Origin: Takakia lepidozioides
Taxonomy: Eukaryota; Plantae; Bryophyta
Assembly (NCBI GenBank): GCA_030704615.1
Contig: CM060731.1
Coordinates: 44,082,001-44,146,000 of the forward strand
Direction of reading: 5' to 3'
Length of the DNA: 64,000 nt
Shown here: piece by piece, positions 1-12,000 of the stretch
Position numbering within the stretch: position 1 is the stretch's first letter
Layout of the letters: every line of letters begins with the position of its first letter
Notes under the pieces: model-generated
What the model was told of the DNA's origin: nothing
The model's database searches: none
Seen by the model: only the letters and a program-made list of their open reading frames with translations
Program-made: the position numbers and the translations under genes

Positions 1-778
1 CATACCAATGGTAACGATCTGCAGACGCTATTCGGGTTGGTGCAAGAATGGTATACTCAAGATGCCCAAGGGATGGTATTCACCAAGAATCGAGATCTTG
101 TGGACGTGGTTGTCATCCCTATTGTCTTCGAGTAAATAATTGGAGCGTTGACTGATCATGTTGGGTTACACTCCTCTGTTCTACACTGAGTTGCACTAGT
201 TTGGAGTTGCACTGCTGACTAGTTGTGTTACACCGTTTAGAGTTACAGTACAAAGGGTTACACTACTGGGTTACACCACTGAGGGTTACACCACAATGGG
301 TTTCATTGGAGAGTTTTTTTTTCTATTCTGACGTTACGGCTTTGTTTGTGTTGCAGTGATCACTAGAGTGTTGCTGTTTTAGAGCGCCGAGGTCGGATAG
401 TACATTTGGACTCCCATAAAACCATTGCCCGACCCAAACTCATTGAAGGAATTTTGCGAAATTTTGCCATAGCGTTCTTTGATTGCATGCCTGAATCTGA
501 TGACTTCAGTTACGTCATGGAGAGGATGGAATGGTTTGAGGCCAGTGTCCCCCAGCAACGGAGCTGTTGGGAGTGCGGCTATTATGCACTTTGTTTTGTG
601 CAATTTTTACTTGGAGTGGAAGTTCAATGTGAAAACCACAGAAGATCGAACCCGTCATAGGCGGGCGTTTACTGCAAGTTGGTTCGACGAGTCAACCATG
701 ATAGCTTCCTGTACTCATATGATTAGTTGGCTGTGTGACGAGATGGACAAAGACTTGGTCAAATGGCCAAAGAAATAA
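1..778 (+). pseudogene. Ulp1/Peptidase C48 SUMO-protease-like pseudogene (3' part), transposon cargo
   Basis: Exon 1-131 (...VVVIPIVF), GT-AG intron 132-356, then D-H-*-SVAVLERRGRIVHLDSH...VPQQRSCWECG. This matches the Ulp1 motifs IP..HW, (Y/H)LDS and PQQ..xCG. The conserved Trp is a TAG stop (364-366). A probable frameshift leads to the ...SWFDES...KK* frame ending at 778. Confidence 0.75.
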
Positions 779-2080
779 ATAGCGTCTCTTGATGCATTTT
801 TTGCTTCTATGTGGTTTGTTCGTAACACTTCACAATTTGGGTTTCATGCAATGGGCTTACATGGGGTTACACCTTATTGGGTTACATGAAGTGGAGTCAT
901 AGACAAGTACTTGGGTACACCTTGGAGCCCTGGGGCAATGGGCTTACACTTTGTGGGTTCACACATAAGTGATGGGTTACACCGTGCCGGGTCTCACAAC
1001 GTGGGGTTACACTTATGGGTTACATGCAATGGGCCTCTCAGGGTTACATGGTTGGGCCTTCCTGGCTATGTCAGGGTCACGTAGCTGAAACAGTATAGTT
1101 TCGTGGCATGTAACCCCACCTCGACTATGCACACTTGTTTTTTTTTTTTTTTTTTGTTTTTTCGCACTGAAGTTTTTGTGCACTGAAGTTCTCAGAGTTA
1201 TACTACATGGGGTTACAAACATGAGGGCTATGTACAATGGGTTACATACGATGGGGTCACAATAGTGGGGGTAACATCTGGTCGGGCTACATACTTCTTG
1301 GAGTTACAACACTCTGGGTTACACTCACTCAAGAGGGTTACACAGTTCTGAGTTACACTGTGCACAGTGACAGTGGGCAGGGTTGCCTATACAAGGGCTA
1401 CGTGTCGTGGAGATACATAAGATGGGGTGATGTAGCATCGGGGTTTACTGCATGCACCCCAAATTGTACAATGGGTTACATGCGATGGGGTGACAACAGT
1501 GGGGGTTACATGTGGTCGGGATACATACTTCTTGGGGTTACACGACAACAAGTTACACTCCGGAGGGCTACACTGGTCCATAACATAGGTTGAACGGAAT
1601 GATTATCTATCTCATGGATTACACGTCCATGGGTTACACACAAATTGGGTTACACATAGAGGGGTTACACATATATGAGTTACACATGCAAGGTGGGTTA
1701 CAGATAGAGGGGTTGCACATAGAGGGGTTACACATACAGGGGCTAGTGTTGGCGACTAAAGGTGCTCGACTTCAGCGTCTTCCCACTCTGTATTGAAGGG
1801 TCATGTAACCCCGGCAGACTAACCCAGACCCTGTAGTCACACTGCAGTCATTGACTTATAATTCTCAGAGTTATACCACTGACAACAATATTCTCTGGGG
1901 TTACATACTGGGATACACTGTTGATAGTTACATTGCAGTTACACTTGGAGTTACACCACAATGAGTTACACTGAAGAGGGTTACACTGTGTGGAGTACGA
2001 CATATGCGAGTTACACTAAGTAGAGCTATGTTACGTTATGAAACCCCAGACGGTGTAACCCTGCGTTGTGTCACCCCGGC
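165..2080 (+). repeat. Degenerate GGGTTACA(C/T) motif array in the Ulp1 intron and the region between the two genes
   Basis: Dozens of GGGTTACA/GAGTTACA/GGGTCACA copies. Includes a duplicated ~80-bp block at about 1231-1310 and 1465-1545. Confidence 0.9.
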
Positions 2081-2220
2081 CCATGGGTGTCCCATTGAGT
2101 GGGTTACATAGGTTAAATGTGGATGGAATGGCAAAGTGAATAACAACCCATGAACAGACATGTACTTCATATTAAACCTGGTGATCACAAAATAAGTGTC
2201 ATTGCCAATGGACTCAATGG

Positions 2221-5200
2221 TCACTTACTATGGAACCGGTCTACGAAATCCATTTTCCTGGCAAGGGACGTGTTGTTTCCATCATTATTTTTTATGAATG
2301 GAACTGCATGAAGAGGGTGCAACAGACCTTTGTCGATTCTGACTTGTAAAGTGGACAGCCTCCCACGAACACAACGAAGCTCGGCAAGCAGATGTTTGCG
2401 CATTGTTTCACTCTCATTGCCAAGAAGCGACATGGACTTCATCTCAGATTCAATTGATGAAACATCCGACGGCTCCTGCCGACCACGTTGGGATGATGCT
2501 GAGCACTCCGTAGGCTCTGCTAGATTCACAACTTCCTCCTCTGCATCAATATCTGGAAGTTCCGATTTCATCAACATGTCAAGACCTCCATGAATGGTCC
2601 CGAGCTTTGTGACACAGAGCTTCACAATAAGCCCTTCCTTCAGATTTGGCTTCATCAATTGAAGAACGCGGATTTGATGTTTGCACAAGTTACCCTTCAA
2701 AACCCATGGACAATCGCAACAAGCCCAGGTGGTTGCAGGTGCATAGATTGTGTAGCTTCGACCAGCCGTTTGAACACTATCCACAATCGCCGGATGACCG
2801 GGAACAGTGGGCAAATGAACATTGACGTCAGGGATCTCCCTCACAGTCCAAACATCATTGCTGATAAATTCCTTCTGTCGTACATTCCTTTTGAAGCCTT
2901 TCGATTTCAAGTTATTTCTATACCAATAGTGGGTTAGAACAAGACCCACGAGTTTGCTGATTAGCCAATCAATTCTCTTGCCATCAAGCCTTTGCTTTCC
3001 CGAGCGTAAACGAGCCTTCAAATTTCCGTGCCAAGAGACATTGGTATCCTGACTTGCATGGGGAATATTACGAGCCCCCGTGATCCACATGCTCAGTTTT
3101 GGGACCCATTCCATTCTGATGTAATGTAGGAAGTCACGCGCAAGCGGATAGGAATAATGCAAATCTTCCAGTCGCTCCAGCGCCCACTCTTCTGGGGTGA
3201 CTCCCACACAGGCGTTAATGCCGTACATTACGTCACCAAGCTGTTTCAAAACAGCATTGCGAGTGTATGGATCGGGCATCCTACGCCACGAATGTTTCAG
3301 CCAAGCGCGGCGAACATGCCAAAGGCATAGAAATATTGCTATGTCCCCAAACGATTCCTTGCACGCACACACATCAAATGCCACCCAATCCATCAATGTA
3401 ACTCTTAGCAGTGTAACTCTTGTCAGTGTAACTCCTTGCAGTGTAACTTTTATCAGTGTAACTCTTAGCAGTGTAACTCTTATCAGAGGAACTCTTAGCA
3501 GTGTAACTCTTCGTAGTGTAACTCTTCAAAGTGTCACTCTTAGTAGTGTGACTCATGTAACCCCTCGTGCATCTGGCCATGTAACTATCAGTGAAACTCA
3601 CAACAGTGTAACCCAACGCATATAACCCCTCGCAGCGCTGTAACGCAATCCATGTTACACCGTATAACTCTCAAAGCGACCCAACCCATATAACCCTCTG
3701 CGATGCTCCCAGTGTAACTCACAGGCTATAGTAGTGCAACCTAATCCACGCAAGACTGTAGATGACACGCCGTGTAACTCCCAGTGTAACTCGCAGTGTA
3801 ACCCTCTGTCTACCTCATAGCAGTGTAACCCTCTGTCCAACTCAAGGCAGTGTAACCATCTGTCTAACTGATAGTGTAACCCTTAGTGTAACAGACAGCA
3901 CTGCAACCCAATCCATGTAACCCCTCGAGTAACTGACAGTGTAACTCCAAGTTTTACAAGCAACAATGCACCCCCTCGTGTAACTGGCAGTTTAACTCTT
4001 ACTGTGATTCTCAGTGTAACTAGCAACAGTGTAGCCCAATCCATGAAACCCCTCATGCATGCAATTGTAGTGTAAATTACTGTGTGACTCAGAACATTGT
4101 AACTTCTAGCCGTGTACCTGATAGCATTGAATTCTGCGTCTGCATCGTCGACAACAAAAGCATTTGGCCTCCAATCTAGTTTGCTCTGAAAAAGTCGGTC
4201 GCAAAGACGTTTCATCCAGGGGCTCAGGTCAGTCGTTTTGTTTCTCGCTGATATAATATAAGCAACAGGTATGCCGTTGAGCCATTTGTCGAACACCATC
4301 ATGGTATACATTGGGAACCGCAATGTCACAATGGTACAAAAATGAATAAGGTGAGTATTGTAATATTAGCAACAGTTGCATGGCACTCACATTTCAGAAT
4401 GCAATGAAAGGTAAAGCGTGACACAAATACCGTTGGTCCCAAATGTTGCATCGCAGGATACCACACGGTTGTGTCCCAGGTCGATCATTTTTTGTTTTTG
4501 CCACTCCGTTTGTATTCCAATCTTGAACTTCAAATCACCTGCCACTGGCGCTGTCTCTTCATGGTACAAGAAGACGCTTTCAGGATTGCTATCGACCCAC
4601 ATACGTACACTTTGTGCATCATCTGGATGTTTTTTGTAACTCTCAATCGCAAGCTTGTCGGCAATGTTTCTCACGTCGTACTCGAACAAGAAACAATCGC
4701 GACTCCACTCCATGCTTGGCTGAGACGCACAAGCTTCCTGGAGCTGTTGAGTATGTTGTGTCATAATCATAGCTGGAGATAGGCCACTGCGAAGACTATC
4801 GACGATCCACTGTTTTATATCTTGGCTGAGACGAGGGGCATGCAAGAATCGTGTGAAATGGGAAGAGGGGTCAGCTGAACCATGCCATGGCTTTCCTTTT
4901 GCATCCACATGCTGTTTCTGGAAGTATGTGATGATTGCCAACTCTGGATCTAGAAAACACTGGCCAACTTTGAAGCTACACGTACACCCACGTTTGTATG
5001 ACTCTCCGAAATCCGCTCCCTTACGTTTGATTCGCTTGACTGGTTTTTGATTATCGGAGGCTGCTATCGGTTTTTCTTTCTTCTTCACAATCGGCGGGTC
5101 CGTGCGCCTATCTAACGGGCCGTAGCAGCAGTGGTACCTGCAAAGAAAGCATACAAAGCGAGGAGAGTTATCGCCATATACGACTTTGCTAGGCGAGCAG

Positions 5201-5621
5201 AAAGAAGTGGGGCTAGGAATGTTATACAACCCTCGTAAGTGACTTACTTATGCCACTGACGATAACTGTTTGCACGCGGTGTCGTCAGATCTGGCAACTC
5301 ACAGTACCTTCGATCTTGAACATAAAATTGGGTCTTTCCATCCATTCTACTCCTTTCTCCCTCCAGAAAATCAGGAATGCGAGACCATGGAACGATAGCT
5401 ACTTCGATGGATATCCGTTTCCCTTTTCCCTGGGAAACCTGGCGTATCCAACGGAGGTTTGTGTGATTGAAAAGCCCGTCTATGGGCAGCTGTAGGATGC
5501 ATTTCAAATGAGATACCAAATGCTGCAAATGACAGAGTTCTCTAGCCTCGTCTTTCAAACCATTTGATTCCAATGTTGCTTTGCGTTCCTCGTCTAGCAC
5601 CTTTGCGACAGCACACGCCAT
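2221..5621 (-). pseudogene. MULE-type DDE transposase with SWIM zinc finger (At4g13970/At1g60560-like family), probably inactive
   Basis: Exons about 5621-5248, 5137-~4423, ~4317-4118 and ~3358-2221. Motifs: YHCCYGP, KRGCTC, IGIQTEWQ, CDATFGTN (D1), FVVDDADAE (D2), CLWHVRRAW (CxxH), CDCPWVLKGNLCKH (SWIM). The third catalytic motif reads DTNVSWH, so the E of TNxxxESWH appears deleted. Two acceptor sites look mutated. Confidence 0.8.
3398..4105 (-). repeat. AGTGTAACTC motif array filling a transposase intron (GAGTTACACT on the gene's sense strand)
   Basis: ~15-bp period units such as AGCAGTGTAACTCTT at 3398-3550, then degenerate GTGTAAC(C/T)C copies up to about 4100. Confidence 0.9.
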
Positions 5622-5739
5622 TAGTGACAACAGTACCACCAGTACAGTACAAATCATAGAACACACACGAGCAACGCAGCGGAGCCCTCGGGACCGCACG
5701 ACGTCTGCGCACCTGGTGAAAATGACACGCGATGATGGA

Positions 5740-7035
5740 GTTACACGTGGGTTTTGATGTCACCGAATCGTGTAACCCATTCAAAATATCTGACACCTCT
5801 CGGAGCCCGCCAATTTTTGTCGGGCACTAAGGGGCTACACGAACAGGGGTGACATGCGTTGGGGATAAAAGATCCGGGGTGACACGAGCTAGGAGTGACA
5901 CGAATCGGGGGATACACGGAGGGGATTGACACAGTATCGGGGTTACATGGTGGGGTTACAATGTGAGAGTTACACAATGAGGGTTACACGAGGCGGAGTT
6001 ACAAGGGCTGACGTGCAGATGGTTACAGGGATGATGGGGTTACACGATGAACTAGAATTACACGGAGAGGGGTACATGGGATAACATGATACAAGCTTGC
6101 ATTGGGGTTACGCGATGCGGGTTACATATGGTGGGAATTACATGGGATCACATAATGGGAGGGTTACATGATGCAGGATAACATGGAGTGAGGGTTACAC
6201 CCCGCGGAGTAACCGAGGGTTACATGGGTTACAAAGGGTTACAGAGGGTCATGGGGTTACATGGGTTACAGAGGGTTACATGGAATGAGGGTTACATAGG
6301 GGTGAGGGTGACACTTTGCGGTGTTACAGAGGGTTACATGGGTTACATGGTGGTGAGGGTTATAGAGGGTCACAGAGGGTTACATGGAGTGAGGGTTATA
6401 TGGGGGTGAGGGTGACACTCTGTGGTGTTACAGAGGGTTACATGGTGGTGAGGGTTACACCTGGTGAGGGTTACTGAGGGTTACATGGAGTGAGGGTTAC
6501 ATAGGGGTGAGGGTGACACTCTACGGTGTTACAGAGGGTTACATGGTGGTGAGGGTTACACCTGGTGAGGGTTATAGAGGGTCACAGAGGGTTACATGGG
6601 TTATAGAGGGTTACATGGAGTGAGGGTTACATAGGGGTGAGGGTGACACTCTGCGGTGTTACAGAGGGTTACATGGGTTACAGAGGGTTACAGAGGGTTA
6701 TATGGGTTGCAAAGTGTTACAGAGGGTTACAAAGGGTCATGGGGTTACATGGGTTAGAAGGGTCACAAAGGATTACATGAGTTGCAAAGTTTACAGAGGG
6801 TTATATGGAGTGAGGGTTACATAGGGGTGGGGGTGACACTCTGCGGTGTTACAGAGGGTTACATGGTGGTGAGGGTTACACCTGGTGAGGGTTACAGAGG
6901 GTCATGGGGTTACATGGGTTACAGAGGGTTACATGGTGGTGTGGGTTACACTCGGCGGAGTTACAGAGGGTTACATGGGGGTGAGGGTTAAACCCGGGGC
7001 GGGGGTTACAGGGGCTGACGTGCAGGGGGTTACAG
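5740..7035 (+). repeat. Subterminal GGGTTACA minisatellite-like array
   Basis: Dense GAGGGTTACA / GGGTTACATG units. Higher-order blocks (GTGAGGGTGACACTCTGCGGTGTTACAGAGGGTTACATGG) repeat at about 6302, 6405, 6507, 6637 and 6827. Confidence 0.9.
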
Positions 7036-7802
7036 GGACTGGCGGACTGGTGTTGCAGAACGACGACGCGCCGGGGGCGACGACGCCGATGGGATGAGAA
7101 CGGGGGTGGGGAGGGATTGACCGAGCCCAGCCGGCTGCCTTTCGATGGCTGCTGGAGGCGGAGAACCGGCCGTACGGGGTGTCAGGGCTGGACCGTCCTG
7201 ACGCGCTCGCATTAAGTTCTTACATTATTCCTATTATCTTCCATTTCCTACATGGTTCGTTTTTTGAAACCTAAAAATTACTACCCGTGTCCAATAAAAT
7301 GAGGCTAACTACCTATCAAAAATTATCCAGAAAATGGACCTTATGTAGGTGCACACCTGGCACCTGCATCGCACTCACCAAAAAATGAACTTGTTTCACT
7401 GTGAAAAATGATAGATTATATGTTTTTAGAGAAGATGGATTTTATGTTTTTGTTTTTGAAGATATGGTTTTATAGCCTTGACCAACTAATTTGAGAGGTT
7501 TTAAGATTTTTGTGGAGTGTTTAATCCCCACAGTCCTAACTCACATTCCTAATCCGTGGTAGGAATGCCATGTCCATGCAGAAAAATGAGGGGCAAAAGT
7601 CAGGTTTAGCATGGGGGTGCTTTGTATGTGTTTCTTGGGGGGGGGGGGGGGGGGTTTGGTGTTTACAAACTACCTTCATTACAAAGATTCAAAAATTGGG
7701 ATTTGGCCTCCATAAGAGGCTATGAAATATTGCTCAAATATCCCTCAAGTGAGGGAGTGACTCCCTTCACACCTACACCTTGGTCCAAATTGTGCCCACA
7801 TC

Positions 7803-8001
7803 ACAAGTTGTAGCCCACTGGTAATGGGCACGTACCACCTCAGAAGTGGTTGTGGGTTCAATCCACCGATTGAAGGTGTCCACCTTCCTAACAGAAGGCA
7901 GTAACCCTTGGGGGTGAAGAGACAGCATAATTTACACTTCCTTCGGGAGGCGTCAAATATTTTTATTTATATATTTTAAATTTTTTTATATAATTTGTTT
8001 T
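7803..8001 (+). mobile_element. Short 5'-truncated non-LTR retroelement insertion (3'-UTR fragment or SINE-like)
   Basis: Flanked by the 10-bp direct repeat TGCCCACATC (7793-7802 and 8002-8011). Has an AT-rich tail. The body is homologous to 27636-27793 and to the LINE 3' UTR at 22192-22299. Confidence 0.7.
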
Positions 8002-9014
8002 TGCCCACATCCAATGGTAAAAATTGTTTGACTCCCACTGGCCTAGAATGTTGTCCAATCAGCGATGGCCACCTAGCAGTCAAGTTTGTGTGGGCCCCTT
8101 CCATGCAAGAGCATTTCCGACACAGTGGTTTTTGGAAATTTGTGGATGTGGCAGACTTTCTTTAAATTGCATGCTACCAATTGGAGATGATCCATGTCGT
8201 CAGGTCTAATGTTAAGGATTAATGAGTCCCGCACCTATGTAATGCCCCAAGACCATTTAAATGAAGCCCAAGCCTACAATGATCCGCTCCTAACCCTTAC
8301 TATATTACACTAGCACACAACCTACTTTGAGAGTATCTCACGTTAGTTTTACAATGTTCTTTGAAAGAAGTATAACCAAATCTTGTCTAAAAACTCTGAA
8401 ATATTAGGAGCACAATTGTCAATTATGACGTGATATGGCGCAACAATGTCGCCACCCAAACCGACATTACATCTAATAAACTTTCTTTTTATGCTTTTTC
8501 ACTTCGACACAATCAAATTTACCTCATTATGGAGGTGAATTTACCTCATTATGGAGGTGACGGCCTACTTGTACTACATGCATGACATTTTTTCATTTCA
8601 TTTTTATTTTTTGTCTTTTGAAAATGAGTTGTTGGACAATGGACGATCGTCCAACTCCAGTCAATTCCAGTTGACAGTGACCATACAACAATGACCATAC
8701 GATTTTTCTTTTTTCTTTTTTCCCAGATAGTCCGAACGATAGCTAGACACCTTCGGTGGTCATATTTTTTTTCAATTTTTATTTATTTTTATTTATTAAA
8801 ACCCCAGTTTTTTTAATTTTATTGTGGGGACCGCGAGAGGTCCCGATTTTAATTAAAAATAAAAATAAATGAAAATTGGCACCACGAATTTATCCAAAAA
8901 AGAACAAATCTGGCAGTCCCGATTTTATACATAAAAACAAAAAGAAAAAACCAATGACTGCCAGCCCAATTTCTGGGTCCCCAGAAAAAACCTTTGACAA
9001 GGAGATGACAAAAA

Positions 9015-12000
9015 TCAATGAGTGCTAATGTAGCCCTCAGTCCACTTCCAAAGCTTATCAGCCAATTCCCTGTCCAATGCTCGCCCGGTCAATGGAGTTT
9101 CATTGCAATCTACGAAGTATTTTCCAGTCACCTCATCCAGGCTCGGGTGTGCTGCAAGATAGGTTTGTGTAGCTGCCCCCTGCCATGAGCACCAACAACA
9201 CAAGCAATTGTCAAGAAACTGCATAGAGCTAACATCTGGGCATTTGTTGAAATCAAAAAGGAAAATTGAATGCTCTCAAGTACCCTCAGTCTCCAAATCC
9301 TTTTTTCCCTCCCGAGGAGAAAGCGGAAGCGTATAACCCAGAAACAAAATAAAAGGTCTCTACTGAAGCTTGTATGCAGGCTGACAACGTGAAGATTTTT
9401 GATGTATACCTGCTGAACATTCTTGTAGATGAAATTGGGCAGAAGGGACTCTGTTCACATCACGATGTAACTGTTGTGTCAGATGATCAATCGAAATGGG
9501 GAGTGATGATGGTTGCGTGAATTTCTTCCTTAGACCATTAGTATGGCATATAATTTTCTGGAAAAATCCAAGCAATATCCATTTTGGAAATGGAGGAGGC
9601 ATAAGAGACTTTCTTACCAAGGAGCCCCAGTGGACCCTTAATTTTGGTGAGCTTGGTCCTGATGGCTCCTGGGTGGAGAGTATTGACTGTTATGTTGATG
9701 CCTTGTTTCTGCACCGAGTCAAGAGAAGCGACACACTGATTAGTGACTCTAAAAGATTGGCACCATACTGTGTTGCACCCATAACTGAACCACCTTTAAG
9801 TCCAGTTCTTATGACTTGCCTTTGACCAGTCTGGTGACTTGAGATGAAGCATTGAACAATCAGCACGGGTTCCCCCCAGGTGCCCACAGTGGAGCTGAGT
9901 AAGGCAGTAGGAATACCAAAGATTGTCATATAGACTTGGTGGGGAGAGAGAATGTACTCATAAGACGTTGTTTGCCGTAGCCTTGTGGCCATTGACCCCG
10001 CGCCCAGTTTGAGCGGACACAAAGGAACAAGTCAGGAGCTGACGCCGGTAGTAAGACTTACCTTGGAGTAAACAATTGATCCGGGTTTTCGAGATATCCA
10101 GAGAGAGAGAGAGGGGGGGGGGGGAGAGAGGCATGCACCGATTTGGCATTCTCTGTCAACATGGGCCATTGAGCATGCACTACGGCTCTATATTCACTTG
10201 TTGTGGAGTTTTCACCCACAACTTGGGCATAAAGCTCGGGTAAAGAAGGTTTGAACAACCATGGGCAGCAAAAAGAGGACCTGGAGACGTTGCGAGAGCT
10301 CCTGACAATGGAGGATGTTGGCAAGCTTTGATTGACCATATCCCGAAAAACCGTAGATTCTGTTCCACACCATCCAGTAAACCCCCTGCTTTCAGAAGAC
10401 CAATGGTAACAGAGCTATAATCGATGTAGAGAGGGCTGGGCACAGTGAGAGGACTATAGGCAAGGGCTAATGTAAATAACAACCAAGGAGTTATCGATAC
10501 CCAATTCATTGTGCAGGTCCTTACGTTTTTGAGTTGATTAGTTGGTCAAATGCTATCCCACCCTTCGGAGTGAATGTATAGATTGCTCCCGATACAACAA
10601 CGATGCGTCCTCTGATGCCAGTCTGCTTGGCAGTCGTCTTCATGGTGTCCAGCAGCAAGTCTGTCAACAAAAAGTGACCTGCACACAGATATGAGGCCCA
10701 AACCCCTGTTAGCCGACCAACATGAGAATTCAATGACTTCTTGCCAGTATTCTTTCAGAAAATTCCCTAGGCCCTGTTTAAGCTCTGGAATTCCCAGGAA
10801 TAATGCCCAACATTGGGATCAACTTAAGGGTTGGTAACAAAGAATCAATCCTGTACAACGAATCTGACATTGAACTTGTAAACACAGCTTGTCTTGCAAC
10901 AGGGGCATACTCTTTTGGAGAGATTTGGCCAGCCTGCTTCACAGTGGGTTTCGCCCATAAGCCCCATGAGGGGAGGATGAGTTACTTTGCCCATAAGAAT
11001 AAGTGCTAAATCTCTAACCTGAAAGACAAATGCACACATCTGTCACTCTTGCTCCCTCAGTGTCCAGACCATTCAGGGCATGAGAGCAAACCCAAATAGT
11101 TGGTGGCAAACATCAACTCCAGGCCATCTGACGTAGATCTAGGCTCGTCAGAGCTGATTCCTCCATTATTTCTGCAGAGAAATATCAAGACATCAGTAAG
11201 CGTAAGCTCTCGTTTCAAATTGTTTTTAAGAAGCTAACAACTTCACTCAATGGCACATACGCATCACATGGTATGATGGAGAACCTTAACTCGCTAATTC
11301 CCTTGATGGTTTGACTAGGGTGTCTCTCTGGTGAGAGTTCTTCCAGGCAGTTTATAAACTGTTTCTGTTTACCAACTTTCAAAATCTCAAGGCTGAGCCA
11401 AAAGCCCGGCCCTTTTGGGATCGAGTTCTTGGACAAATCACACACAGCAGATTGATGTTTGTGTGAAGGGATTCTAGAGGATATCTGGAAAACTCGGATC
11501 AATTGTCTGTTTCAAGGTAAGTGTTACTCCTGCCGTCAGCCCCTGACAAAGGTAGTTTCTGTCCCTTTGCGTTCCACTCAAACTGGGAGGGGGGTCAATG
11601 TCCACAAGCTGACTACGGCAAACGTCTTATGAGTACATTCTTCCTCTATGTCTCTCTCTTATGGAGGCTTTAGCTAGAAGACACCCAAAGTGCTTCGCCT
11701 TACCCTTATGACACCCTGCGCTGCCTTTCATGCAAAATCAGTGCCCTGAGTTGTCATTTTGGACCTTCAGTGGCTCTCTTGTGTTGGTCTATTTTTTTTC
11801 TTCGGCCTCCCATGGATGTTGCAGAAAGTTCATTATCTCTTCCATGAGTTTCTGCGCGGGAAACAATGGGACACATAACCCTTTAAAAGTAGGGAATCAA
11901 CTTACACAAGAATGTTAAGGGGTAAATTGCGAGCCTTGAAGTCTGCAGCAAACTTGCGAACTGAACTCAAACTGCTCAAATCGAGCTGCATGACCTCCAC

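Larger units (their letters stand above)
1..7235. mobile_element. Right part of a decayed Mutator-like (MULE) DNA transposon carrying a SWIM transposase (-) and a Ulp1-like gene (+); the left end lies outside the window
   Basis: Transposase and Ulp1 genes converge. Noncoding parts are filled with GGGTTACA/TGTAACYC motifs. A GC-rich subterminal stretch ends in CATTAAGTTCTTACATTATTCCTATT (7210-7235), and the same 26-mer recurs at 16932-16957. Confidence 0.75.

Noticed and set aside
1237-1796. ORFs 1237-1593 and 1590-1796 (also 3197-3625, 3374-3616 and 6188-7097)
   Set aside because: These are translations of the GGGTTACA repeat arrays (VT/GY/LH-rich) with no coding signal.
5740-7035. Telomeric array (GGTTACA resembles the fission-yeast telomere repeat)
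   Set aside because: It is interstitial, highly degenerate, occurs in both orientations inside transposon introns and is not the plant TTTAGGG repeat. It is better explained as a transposon-internal motif.
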